From: Bdellovibrionota bacterium
GTDB taxonomy: Bacteria > Bdellovibrionota > UBA2428
Assembly: GCA_035539375.1 (NCBI GenBank)
Contig: DATLIP010000010.1
Location: forward strand, 6,364 to 70,363
DNA length: 64,000 nt
Direction of reading: 5' to 3'
Part shown: piece after piece, positions 52,033 to 61,285 of the stretch
How positions within the stretch are numbered: position 1 is the stretch's first letter
How the letters are laid out: every line of letters starts with the position of its first letter
Made by a program: the position numbers and the translations under genes
Notes under the pieces: model-generated
Database searches by the model: none
The model's input: the letters and a program-made list of their open reading frames with translations, nothing else
What the model was told of the DNA's origin: nothing

Positions 52033-53979
52033 ATGAAGCAGAACAAATTCTTTTCGGTACTTCAAAAAGTTGGCCAAAGTCTCATGATTCCCGTGTCGGT
52101 GCTGCCGGCGGCGGGTCTTCTCGTAGCGTTGGGTCGTATGATTCTCAACGCTACCGAGGTTGCGGGCGCCACTCCGGCCACCCCGATCATTACGAACGTC
52201 TTTTTTCATACGATAGGACAGCTGTGCTTCTCGGGCGGCATCGCGATCTTTGAACAACTCTCGGTGGTTTTCGCCATCGGTGTGGCCATCGGCTTTACCA
52301 GCGGGGCTGGCGTCGCGGGTCTCGCGGCGGTGGTGGGTTACTTCACCATGGCCAACGTGCTTGTGGTGATGCAAAAGTTTCTCGGCCTCGAATCGCTCAT
52401 CAATACGGGCGTTTTTGGCGGCATCATCATGGGTCTCATCTCTGCTAAGGTTTATCAGCGCTTTTACCAAACCAAACTCCACCCTGTGTTTGGCTTTTTT
52501 GCGGGCAAGCGCTTGGTGCCCATCGTTACTGCCGGTGCTGCAATTCTCGCCGGTGTGGTGCTCGGTTTTGTGTGGCCTCCCATCCAGGGCGTCATTCACG
52601 ACTTCGGTACCATGGTAACAAACTCGTTCTGGGGCCCGGCTTTCTACGCCGCGGGCAAACGTCTTCTTATCCCTGTGGGCTTGCACCACGTTTATTACCC
52701 TTCGTTCCTTTATGAATTCGGTGAATTCGTATCGTCCACCGGTCAGGTATTCCGCGGCGACTCGACTCGCTATTTTGCGGGCGACCCGAATGCTGGACTC
52801 TTCATGGCCTCGGAATTCCCCATCATGCTTTTCGGTCTTCCGGCTGCAGCTTATGCCATGTACCGTCGCGCACTGCCCTCCAAGCGCAAAATGATCGCCG
52901 GTGTGATGCTCTCCGCTGCGCTCACGTCGATCATCACTGGCATCACCGAGCCCATCGAATTTGCCTTTATCTTTGTGGCGCCCGTGCTCTATGTCTTCCA
53001 CGTGCTCGTGGCCTTCTGCTCGGGCATCCTGATTTCGATCTTCGACATCCACCAGGGTTATACCTTCTCGGCGTCGCTCATCGACTTCGTTCTCGGCTAC
53101 TTCAACCAAAAGAACGCGCTCAAACTTTTCCTTATCGTAGGCCCCGCGATTGCGGCGCTCTACTTTGTGGTCTTCTACTGGGCGATCGGCTTCTTCAACC
53201 TTAAGACCCCGGGCCGTGACGAAGACGAAGATAGCGGTGAAGCCTCGAATCTCAAGATTTCTGACAAAGCCGTAGAGGTGCTCAAAGCCCTCGGTGGTGG
53301 CGCCAACATCGTGAACCTCGACGCGTGCATCACGCGCCTGCGCCTCACGGTAAAAGACGGCTCTAAAGTTTCTAAAGCTCGTCTCAAAGACCTCGGCGCC
53401 AGCGGCACGCTTGACGCCGGTGGTGGCAACTTCCAGGTGATCTTCGGCACACAGTCGGATTTCCTCAAAGAAGAGATCAAAGCTCTCATCGCCCGCGGCG
53501 GTGTGGTTTCTGCTTCGTCTGAGTCTGGCGTTCTTAAGTCGCCCCTCAAAGGTACGGTGCTCGAGCTCTCTAAAGTTCCCGATCCCACCTTCGCCGATAA
53601 GATCATGGGCGACGGCGTTGCGATCGAACCTGTAGATGGCGTCGTGCTCTCGCCTGTTAGTGGCGAAGTGGTACAGGTATTCCGCACCAACCACGCCCTC
53701 GGACTCAAAACCGACGACGGCCTCGAGATTCTGATTCACATCGGCATCGACACCGTGAAAATGAACGGCGAAGGCTTCCGAGCTTTTGTCAAAGCGGGTG
53801 ACCGCGTGCATGCTGGCGACAAAGTGCTTGAGTTCGACCTCGCACTTGTCAAAGCCAAAGCCAAGTCGGCCATCACGCCGATTGTGGTGACCAATATGGA
53901 TGCCGTTGCCTCGGTGAAGATCGTAGCTGGTGCCAAGGTCAATGCCGGCGACGACCTGCTCAAAGTGACATGCAAATAA
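52033..53979 (+). CDS. PTS glucose/N-acetylglucosamine-family EIICBA component
   Basis: EIIC N-terminus FSVLQKVGQSLMIPVSVLPAAGLLVALG; EIIB NLDACITRLRLTVKD (phospho-Cys); EIIA GDGVAIEP ... HIGIDTVKMNGEGF (phospho-His). Confidence 0.9.
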   Translation: MKQNKFFSVLQKVGQSLMIPVSVLPAAGLLVALGRMILNATEVAGATPATPIITNVFFHTIGQLCFSGGIAIFEQLSVVFAIGVAIGFTSGAGVAGLAAVVGYFTMANVLVVMQKFLGLESLINTGVFGGIIMGLISAKVYQRFYQTKLHPVFGFFAGKRLVPIVTAGAAILAGVVLGFVWPPIQGVIHDFGTMVTNSFWGPAFYAAGKRLLIPVGLHHVYYPSFLYEFGEFVSSTGQVFRGDSTRYFAGDPNAGLFMASEFPIMLFGLPAAAYAMYRRALPSKRKMIAGVMLSAALTSIITGITEPIEFAFIFVAPVLYVFHVLVAFCSGILISIFDIHQGYTFSASLIDFVLGYFNQKNALKLFLIVGPAIAALYFVVFYWAIGFFNLKTPGRDEDEDSGEASNLKISDKAVEVLKALGGGANIVNLDACITRLRLTVKDGSKVSKARLKDLGASGTLDAGGGNFQVIFGTQSDFLKEEIKALIARGGVVSASSESGVLKSPLKGTVLELSKVPDPTFADKIMGDGVAIEPVDGVVLSPVSGEVVQVFRTNHALGLKTDDGLEILIHIGIDTVKMNGEGFRAFVKAGDRVHAGDKVLEFDLALVKAKAKSAITPIVVTNMDAVASVKIVAGAKVNAGDDLLKVTCK

Positions 53980-54003
53980 GGGCTTTAGGGACGGAGGAAC
54001 ACG

Positions 54004-54267
54004 ATGATGGAAAAGACGGTATACATTAAAAATGAAGAAGGCTTCCACGCCCGTCCGGCGGGAATCTTTGTGAAAAAAGCTTCGGCCTTTGCCTCGAATA
54101 TCGAAGTCAAATCGGGCGAGGCCACCAAAAATGGCAAGTCGATCATGGGACTCATGAGCCTCGGACTCAAAAAAGACTCACCGCTGACGATCATCGCCAG
54201 CGGTGCCGACGAAGCGGCGGCAGTGGCCGCTCTCGCCGAGCTCGTAGAGCGCAAGTTCGAGGAGTAG
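54004..54267 (+). CDS. ptsH: Phosphocarrier protein HPr
   Basis: EEGFHARPAGIFV (His15 site) and GKSIMGLMSLG (Ser46 region). 87 aa. Confidence 0.92.
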   Translation: MMEKTVYIKNEEGFHARPAGIFVKKASAFASNIEVKSGEATKNGKSIMGLMSLGLKKDSPLTIIASGADEAAAVAALAELVERKFEE

Positions 54268-54271
54268 GGCG

Positions 54272-55984
54272 TTGTCCACACTGATCGGCAAAAGTGCGTC
54301 TAGCGGTGTGGCGGTCGGAAAAGTGCTGCTCGTGCAGCAAGCTCCGCTCGTCATCGACGAAAAGAAAATCTCTGATGTTGATGGCGAAATTCGCCGCTTT
54401 CACGACGCCGTGACCAAGTCTAAAGCTGATCTCGCGGGTATCCGCGACCAAGTGCGCACCAAGCTCGGGCCCGACAAGGCCGAGATCTTTGATGCTCATA
54501 TCCTCGTGCTCGAAGATCCCGAACTCGTCGGGGAGACCGAGCGCCAAATCCGCGATACCAAGACCAACGCTCTCTTCGCCTTTCGCGAAGTCGCACAGAA
54601 CTTCATTACGATCTTTGAGACCATGGACAACGAGTACATGCGTGAGCGTGCCTCCGACATCAAAGACATCTCCGACCGCGTGCTCCGCACCATGGCTGAC
54701 CTGCAGATCGTCGACCTCTCGCTGATTGCCGAAGACGTGATCCTTGTGGCGCACGACCTGACGCCCTCTGAGACCGCCACCATGAACCGCGACAAGGTGC
54801 TCGGCATCTTGACCAATATCGGTGGCAAAACCAGTCACACCGCTATTATGGCCCGCACGCTTGAAGTGCCTGCGGTACTGGGGTTGCGCAATATCACCGA
54901 GCTCGTGAAGAACGGCGACTGGGTGGCCCTGGACGGTGAAAAGGGACAGGTGATCCTGAATCCCGATGCCGCCACACGCAGCGATTTTGCCGAACGCAAA
55001 AAGGCCGGAGAAGCGGCCAAAGCTCTGCTTCAAAAGCTCGTGGGCCTGGAAAGTTGCACGCTCGATGGCCACCACGTGGAGCTCGCCGGCAACATCGGCA
55101 CCCCCCAGGACATCACTTCGCTCGAGAGACACGACGCCGAAGGCGTGGGCCTCTACCGCACGGAATTTCTCTTTGTGGATCGCAATGAGATGCCCACCGA
55201 AGACGAGCAATACGCGGCCTACAAGGTGGTTTTAGAAGCCATGGGCAGCAAGCGCGTGGTGATTCGCACCTTCGACATTGGCGGCGACAAGGTCGTGCCT
55301 TTCATTCACATCGGCAAAGAAGAGAACCCCTTTCTGGGTTACCGAGCGATTCGCTACTGTCTTGACCACACGGATCTTTTCCGTACGCAGCTGCGCGCTC
55401 TCATGCGCGCGAGCGTGCACGGCAAGCTCGCCGTCATGTTTCCCATGATCTCCTCGCTGGAAGAGCTCCTGGCTGCCAAAGAACACCTTGCGGCCGTGTG
55501 CGAAGAGCTCAAAAAAGAAAATATCCCCTACCGCGACAACGTCGAAGTGGGCACGATGATCGAAATCCCCTCGGCCGCGCTCGTCTCCGACGTGCTCGCC
55601 CAGCATTGCGATTTTCTCAGCATCGGTACCAACGATTTGATCCAATATACGGTCGCCGTCGATCGCCTCAACGAAAAGGTTCAGGATCTCTACGATCCTT
55701 TCCATCCTGGCGTTCTACGCCTCATCAAGATAATCATCGACAACGGGCACCGGAACGGCGCCTGGGTGGGCATGTGTGGTGAGATGGGTGGCTCTGAGCT
55801 GCACTTACCCCTGCTGCTGGGCATGGGACTCGACGAGTTCAGCATGGCGCCCACGCTAGTGCTGCGCGCTCGCGCTCAGCTGCGAGAGTGGAAGCTCTCC
55901 GACGCCAAAGCGCTCAGCGAAAAGGTGCTCGCACAGGCGAAATCTAAAGACATCGAAGCGCTGCTCACCGAAGCTCAGCGCTAA
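54272..55984 (+). CDS. ptsI: Phosphoenolpyruvate-protein phosphotransferase (PTS Enzyme I)
   Basis: GGKTSHTAIMARTLEVPAV (active His), GLYRTEFLF, SIGTNDLIQYT, CGEMGG. TTG start at 54272. Confidence 0.92.
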   Translation: MSTLIGKSASSGVAVGKVLLVQQAPLVIDEKKISDVDGEIRRFHDAVTKSKADLAGIRDQVRTKLGPDKAEIFDAHILVLEDPELVGETERQIRDTKTNALFAFREVAQNFITIFETMDNEYMRERASDIKDISDRVLRTMADLQIVDLSLIAEDVILVAHDLTPSETATMNRDKVLGILTNIGGKTSHTAIMARTLEVPAVLGLRNITELVKNGDWVALDGEKGQVILNPDAATRSDFAERKKAGEAAKALLQKLVGLESCTLDGHHVELAGNIGTPQDITSLERHDAEGVGLYRTEFLFVDRNEMPTEDEQYAAYKVVLEAMGSKRVVIRTFDIGGDKVVPFIHIGKEENPFLGYRAIRYCLDHTDLFRTQLRALMRASVHGKLAVMFPMISSLEELLAAKEHLAAVCEELKKENIPYRDNVEVGTMIEIPSAALVSDVLAQHCDFLSIGTNDLIQYTVAVDRLNEKVQDLYDPFHPGVLRLIKIIIDNGHRNGAWVGMCGEMGGSELHLPLLLGMGLDEFSMAPTLVLRARAQLREWKLSDAKALSEKVLAQAKSKDIEALLTEAQR

Positions 55985-57423
55985 GGATCCCGGGCGTATA
56001 TGCCCTGCCAGGCCTTAAGGTTCTCGATTAGCAGTGGCGAGGCGACCTTGGGGTCGATCTCTTGGAGTACCCGGTTCACAAAAACATCAAAGCGTTTCAG
56101 GTTGACGCTGAGGAATTGTCCGAGGCGATAAATTTCCTCGGGGCACGGCTCCTTTTGGGTGTCTGGGTTGACCTTTGATGTGGCGTATTCGTGGTAAGTG
56201 TTGCTCGCAAAAAATCGCAAGTTGCGGATGAGTTTCTCATCCATGATCGTGACGTTGTTCTCGGAAGCAAGTCCGAGCAGGGCGATGGCGGCTTTGTAGT
56301 ACTTATTTTCGACCAAATGCTGGAGGGCGTAGATCACTTCGGTAGCGGTGATTTCTTCGCCTTCTAAGGGAAGCTCATCAATTTGGCTATAGTGGTGCGT
56401 GGGGTCGAGGTCGGGGTTGCGCATCTTTGGATCGCGGTGGGGGTACCAGTGGTCGAGGTTGCGGATGATTTCGGATTCTGCGAGGAGGGCCCGGTGTGAT
56501 TCCAAGTCTTTGGGGTGGATGGCGATGCGCATGCGCAGGTAGAGGCGACGCGCGAAAGGACGATCCGTGCGGTTCAGCCCCTCTAGGTTTTCGAGGTATT
56601 CGTCCAGTTCACGGCGAAAGGCGACGCCGCGGTTCCCTGGTGGCGTGAACTGCGGAAAGTGCAGATGCAAACCGAAAAAATGCTGACTTTGATCGATGAG
56701 CTGAATCTGGGCAGGCTCGAGGTCCCGTTTTCCGAGTTGCTCTTTCATTTGGACGAGGGCGGCGTTCGTGTCGGTGAGGAGCGCATGTATCGCGGGCTGC
56801 AGGATGGGCGTGATGCTGGTGTAGGGTTTGGCCAGCGAGGTGCCGAGCCCCGGAAACATGTCGTTGAGCATATGCAGCTGCGTGGGAGACTTTTCGAGGT
56901 TCACCGGCAATGCGGGATCTCCATTGTGGTGTACGGCGATGGCGTGTTCGAAATCGATTTCGGAAATGACGAGCAGGGCGGTGAAGGCCCGCACGCCGGG
57001 ATCTGAAGCATTCAAATAGAGCAAGTGCAGGTGGGCGAGTTGAAGATTGCGCTGTATGAGCTGCTCGAAGGCCTTCACATTTCCGTAGTAATCCTCGCCG
57101 GCCAGGAAAGCGGACTCACGAGCTTCCTCATCGAGGGAGCGGGCGGAGCTTTCGATGTATCTGGCGAGATGCTTGTTTTCGCTAAAGTAAGTCTCTTCGA
57201 AGGGAGGATTTTCTCGGAGGCCATTCTGATTGAGTTCGTCGGATTCGCTCAGGAAGGCCTTCTTCATGAAGGGAGGCATCGAGGCTTGCAGATCGTTCAC
57301 CTTGATGAGTTTGCGCAGCACGAAGGGGCAGCGGTCGGTCGGGTCACCGAAATCTGAGCTCCGGGCGGGCATAGACAGCACCAGACCACATATAATGATG
57401 AGATATTCGTAGAATCGCCCCAT
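55981..57423 (-). CDS. Secreted protein, function unknown
   Basis: Signal MGRFYEYLIIICGLVLSMPARS|SD. 480 aa, helical, with no recognised motif. A 4-nt convergent overlap with ptsI. Confidence 0.45.
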   Translation of the reverse strand: MGRFYEYLIIICGLVLSMPARSSDFGDPTDRCPFVLRKLIKVNDLQASMPPFMKKAFLSESDELNQNGLRENPPFEETYFSENKHLARYIESSARSLDEEARESAFLAGEDYYGNVKAFEQLIQRNLQLAHLHLLYLNASDPGVRAFTALLVISEIDFEHAIAVHHNGDPALPVNLEKSPTQLHMLNDMFPGLGTSLAKPYTSITPILQPAIHALLTDTNAALVQMKEQLGKRDLEPAQIQLIDQSQHFFGLHLHFPQFTPPGNRGVAFRRELDEYLENLEGLNRTDRPFARRLYLRMRIAIHPKDLESHRALLAESEIIRNLDHWYPHRDPKMRNPDLDPTHHYSQIDELPLEGEEITATEVIYALQHLVENKYYKAAIALLGLASENNVTIMDEKLIRNLRFFASNTYHEYATSKVNPDTQKEPCPEEIYRLGQFLSVNLKRFDVFVNRVLQEIDPKVASPLLIENLKAWQGIYARDP

Positions 57424-57476
57424 AGCCGTTTCGAGCCTAGGACCTAGTCCAAAATGCTCCCTGACGCACGCAGAAG

Positions 57477-57534
57477 GTACCGGGTTAAGGTAACGGATAC
57501 CTTTCAGAAGGTATCCGTTACCTTAACCCGGTAC
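57477..57534. repeat. Perfect 27-nt inverted repeat with 4-nt loop (palindrome family, site d)
   Basis: GTACCGGGTTAAGGTAACGGATACCTT (57477-57503), loop TCAG, exact reverse complement (57508-57534). Followed by TTTAACCCGTCCCC. Confidence 0.9.
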
Positions 57535-57766
57535 TTTAACCCGTCCCCAGGGTGACGAAAGTTTTTACAGTCGGTGCCGCTGGTGGGCCCAAGAGCGTTT
57601 GACTCCTGAGTTTTTAGGGCGATGGCGAAGGGGTCCCTGAAAATACCCATAAAAATCATACTCTTGAAGGGTGGGGACCCTGCTTATTACCCTGGCATGG
57701 TCCCTGCTTTACCAGCTCCAAAGGGTTCTGCGTGACCCGCTTGAATGGTGATGAGGTAGATTTGAG

Positions 57767-58966
57767 ATGGCGACTACAGATGTGAAACGCAATGTGCGGA
57801 TGCTAATGGGATTGATCTTTGCCCTGTCTTCGACGCAACCCGGATTTTCGCAAACGGCTCCGAGCCTGGTGACCAAATCCTGGGCTCTGGTGGGTACTTA
57901 CGGCATCGACGCTCGTAAAGCTTGGTCTCAGCTGCGCGGCAGTTGCGCTTCGGTTACCGTAGCGGTGATCGATACCGGCGTGGACTTCTCGCACCCCGAT
58001 CTCAAGAATTCTGCTTGGATCAATACTAAGGAACTGAATGGCAAGCCGAACCACGACGACGATGGCAACGGCTTTAATGACGATATCTATGGATACGACT
58101 TTGTCGAAAAAACAGGCAAGGTTTCGGTAGACGAACACGGTCACGGCTCGCACATCGCGGGTATCATCGCGGCCGATTCTAAAGACGGCAGTGGTATCAA
58201 GGGTGTTTGCCCCGGCGCAAAGATCATGTCGCTTCGCTACCACGGTCCTAAGGTCACGGGTCCCCAGGCTCTGGAATACACCGTGAATGCGATTCACTAC
58301 GCCATCAAGAATGGCGCAAAAATCATCAACTACTCTGGTGGTGGTCGTTACTACAGCGGCGAAGAGTTCGCCGCCATGAAAGCCGCCGAAGCGGCAGGTG
58401 TTCTGGTGGTTGCGGCCGCTGGTAACGAAACCAGCAACGTGGACCAAGAAGAGAACCGCTACTACCCGGCTTCTTACGGCCTGACGAACATCATTTCAGT
58501 GGGTGGTATTGATTCTACGGGCAGCAAAGTGCGCTCTTCGAACTGGGGCTCGCACAGCGTAGACATCGCGGCACCCGGCAAAGAGATTCTCTCGACCACA
58601 TCGACCCGCAAAGGTCTCTACGAAATGCTCACGGGCACTTCGCAGGCGACGGCTTTTGTGAGTGGGGTGGCTGCGCTGATTTACGCTCAGAACTCGAATC
58701 TAAAGTTTAACGACGTGAGAGACATCATTGTGAATTCGGGTAAGAAAACCAAAACCCTCGCAGGTATGGTGAAACAGTCTTCGCGACTGAGTGCCGCTTC
58801 GGCCTTGGAGAGTGCGAAGAAACGTCAGGTGATCGCTCGCAAATCGGCCAAACCGGCTAAGCGGGTCGCCAAGAAAAAGCCCGACTTAGAACGGTCGACG
58901 GCAACTTGGCAAAATCACCGGAATCAAACACCGCAATCACAAATCCACCCCGCCCTGAACCAGTGA
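57767..58966 (+). CDS. Secreted subtilisin-like serine protease (S8 family)
   Basis: Catalytic triad motifs VAVIDTGVDFSHPDL (Asp), HGHGSHIAGIIAA (His) and GTSQATAFVSGVAALI (Ser). Signal LMGLIFALSSTQPGFS. Lys-rich C-terminal tail. Confidence 0.92.
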   Translation: MATTDVKRNVRMLMGLIFALSSTQPGFSQTAPSLVTKSWALVGTYGIDARKAWSQLRGSCASVTVAVIDTGVDFSHPDLKNSAWINTKELNGKPNHDDDGNGFNDDIYGYDFVEKTGKVSVDEHGHGSHIAGIIAADSKDGSGIKGVCPGAKIMSLRYHGPKVTGPQALEYTVNAIHYAIKNGAKIINYSGGGRYYSGEEFAAMKAAEAAGVLVVAAAGNETSNVDQEENRYYPASYGLTNIISVGGIDSTGSKVRSSNWGSHSVDIAAPGKEILSTTSTRKGLYEMLTGTSQATAFVSGVAALIYAQNSNLKFNDVRDIIVNSGKKTKTLAGMVKQSSRLSAASALESAKKRQVIARKSAKPAKRVAKKKPDLERSTATWQNHRNQTPQSQIHPALNQ

Positions 58967-59744
58967 TTTTGGCGCCTTGAGCGCCGAGTGAATAGAGCTC
59001 AGCAATATTCGCTTCGATCGCAGGAGATGAAGCTCCGAGATCGCTTAACTTTGACTGGATACGGTGCATACAGGGTGCGATTTGTTTCGCGTCACGGTCG
59101 ACGGCCTCGAGCATTTTTCGTGCTTCGCTGGCGAGCTCACGGATGAGCGTCTCTTTGCTCATTGCCATTTGCAGCTGCGTACGAGTGGAGTGTTCTCCGC
59201 CCGAATCGCGCAGCAAAAATACCAACCCCGATTTTTTAAGGTCGTGCATAGCTAGCGGCTGCGCACTGCGCGGTTCGCGTACGTAGGCGATGGGTTTTTC
59301 GAAGCTCACACAATAGGGATCCACGCCGCTTGGATTGCCATGAAAAAGTTTTTCTCCCTCGAGGGCAATCTCTGCAATTTGAGTGTTCGACGGCGAGGTC
59401 ACATGGTAGCGCGCCATCGCCACACTGAGCGCTGCCGAAGAACCGAGCCCTTTGCCGATGGGGATTCTCGTGGTGACGTGAATCTCGGCGCTGGCGCGCG
59501 CTCGCGGCGCGATGATTTGGCGCAGAGCGAGCACCTTGGCAAGGCGGCCTTCGTCGTGGATCTCTTCGTTGTTGAGAAAAACTCGTGTCGGCGTTTCAGT
59601 GGTGGCGGGTGCGGATTCTCTATAGCTCAGGCGCAATTCGGGCAGCGGAATGGCGAGTGCTGGACCCTCGAGCAGAACGGAATATTCCCCAGCCAGCAGG
59701 AACTTGGCGGGTGCGGAAGCTTCGTTTAGGCGAACGTGATCCAT
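58857..59744 (-). CDS. GHMP kinase, probably phosphomevalonate kinase
   Basis: PAKFLLAGEYSVL (GEYAV-like), PIGKGLGSSAALSVA, and C-terminal GSGRGGFVIAV. It is the last gene of the mevalonate operon. The mvk versus pmk assignment between the two GHMP genes is by motif flavour and gene order only. Confidence 0.55.
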   Translation of the reverse strand: MDHVRLNEASAPAKFLLAGEYSVLLEGPALAIPLPELRLSYRESAPATTETPTRVFLNNEEIHDEGRLAKVLALRQIIAPRARASAEIHVTTRIPIGKGLGSSAALSVAMARYHVTSPSNTQIAEIALEGEKLFHGNPSGVDPYCVSFEKPIAYVREPRSAQPLAMHDLKKSGLVFLLRDSGGEHSTRTQLQMAMSKETLIRELASEARKMLEAVDRDAKQIAPCMHRIQSKLSDLGASSPAIEANIAELYSLGAQGAKITGSGRGGFVIAVFDSGDFAKLPSTVLSRAFSWRPA

Positions 59745-60292
59745 GCAAGACCAATCACCAGGCGTACAAGCGCCGAAGCCAAGGCGTTCTTCGGAGCGAT
59801 CACGCGCGAAGTGAGCCAGCCAGTGGCAAAGATCCAAGTGAAGGGCACGAAGCTCTGTGTGGCGAGACCCCAGGTGAGAGCTTCGAGAAAGGCGGCAGAT
59901 GCGGGGCCCCAGGCCGGCGCAAAAAAGCGGCGATAAGAAAAATCACTCAGCGCGAGCGTGACGGCGAGGCCCACGGTGGCGGCAGCAGGAGAGGCGTGAA
60001 TCGCGATGGATTGCTCGCTGAGATAAGCGGGAAAGAGGAATTTCAGAACGAGCAGGTACCCTAGGCCGATGAAGAGCGAACCGATGCCAGCAAGGCGCGA
60101 TCGGGTGTCGGCGAAGGCAACGCCCGGTGGGCTGAGCTCGGCTTTGTTGCGTTTGATGAGGGTGATCGCGACGACGGCGTAAACGGCGAGGGCTACCCAC
60201 ACACGGCTTGCGAAGGCGCCGGGGAGCGCTCCGGCACTGGCCCAAAGCGTGACGAGAGTGAGGAGTCCGTAGCTGATAGCAAAGGCAATCAC
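59726..60292 (-). CDS. Polytopic membrane protein of unknown function embedded in the mevalonate operon
   Basis: 188 aa, about five or six hydrophobic helices (FAISYGLLTLVTLWASAGAL, VWVALAVYAVVAITLI, IGSLFIGLGYLLVLKFLF, ...). It overlaps the next gene by 19 nt. No motif recognised. Confidence 0.5.
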   Translation of the reverse strand: MIAFAISYGLLTLVTLWASAGALPGAFASRVWVALAVYAVVAITLIKRNKAELSPPGVAFADTRSRLAGIGSLFIGLGYLLVLKFLFPAYLSEQSIAIHASPAAATVGLAVTLALSDFSYRRFFAPAWGPASAAFLEALTWGLATQSFVPFTWIFATGWLTSRVIAPKNALASALVRLVIGLAWITFA

Positions 60293-60301
60293 GGGCCCAG
60301 A

Positions 60302-61285
60302 TTACTCCAAAGTGGGGCCAGTGCCTAGGGCGTCTTCCCAGATCTCCGCCTTTAGATTCAGGCGACTTAGCAACTCGTGTAGGGTCTGGGCCACTTGTTT
60401 TTGGTCTCTCTGATGCGAGATCAGGTGCAGGTTGGGGCCGGCGTCTATTGTAAAATAAAAGTCCCTCTCGGGAAGCGCGCGGATGGCCGCTACGAGACGG
60501 CGCGTGTCGTTGCTCACGTAATGCACAGGTGGCACCGAGGTTTCGGCGATGTGGTGCATCTCTAGGGCTTCGGTTTCGAGAATCTCACCGAGGCTGGAGA
60601 GGTCTTCACGCGCGAGGGCTTCTAGGAGCTGCGCTGTGCGTTCGGGCAAGCGTCGTTGGCGCTCGGCAAAGTGTGGGCTTGTGAGAGCCGCTTGATGACC
60701 GTCGCTGCTGCTGACGTTTTTAGCTGCCTGCGAGAGGATCACGATGGTGTCGCAGAGCTGCCACTTTGAGTTCACTGTGGTGGCGTGCTCACCGTCCCAG
60801 CGCATGTAGCCGCCGCAAACGCTGCGGGCGGCCGAGCCCGAGCCACGGCGTGCGAGCCTCGAGAGCACGTCCGTGCCGCTTGTCATCAGCTCGCGCGTGC
60901 GGGCCTTGCCCAGCAGCGCAGCACAGATGCCAATCGTGAGAGCGCAGAACGCCGATGCTGACGAGGCGATGCCCGCGGAGGCGGGGAAGTTGTTTTCGCT
61001 ACGGATCTCGAGCGTGTGACTTAGTCGAGTGTCGAAGTGGGATTCGATGCGTTCGATGTGGTGAAGGATTTTTTTGCGATCGGCTTCACTCGCGATTTTG
61101 CGGTTGATGAGAATCTCGTGGGCGTCTCCGGTGGCGGGGCTGATCTCCACTTGTGTTTGGGCGCGAGAGAGGGTCATGGATACGGATTCGTTGATGCCGA
61201 TGTTGCGTGTTTCGTCGCGCTCACTTGCGCGTTTTCCCCAATACTTGATGAAGGCGATGTTCGGCGCGGCGCTGACCTTGATCAT
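60302..61285 (-). CDS. mvaD: Diphosphomevalonate decarboxylase
   Basis: NIAFIKYWGKR, NFPASAGIASSASAF, RRGSGSAARS. ATG 61285 forms an ATGA overlap with the upstream kinase stop. Confidence 0.88.
   Translation of the reverse strand: MIKVSAAPNIAFIKYWGKRASERDETRNIGINESVSMTLSRAQTQVEISPATGDAHEILINRKIASEADRKKILHHIERIESHFDTRLSHTLEIRSENNFPASAGIASSASAFCALTIGICAALLGKARTRELMTSGTDVLSRLARRGSGSAARSVCGGYMRWDGEHATTVNSKWQLCDTIVILSQAAKNVSSSDGHQAALTSPHFAERQRRLPERTAQLLEALAREDLSSLGEILETEALEMHHIAETSVPPVHYVSNDTRRLVAAIRALPERDFYFTIDAGPNLHLISHQRDQKQVAQTLHELLSRLNLKAEIWEDALGTGPTLE

Noticed and set aside
52009-54048. 679-aa minus-strand ORF opposite the PTS EIICBA gene
   Set aside because: It is antisense to a gene with clear EIIC/EIIB/EIIA motifs. 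The translation is dominated by H, R, E, D and G runs with no domain signature.
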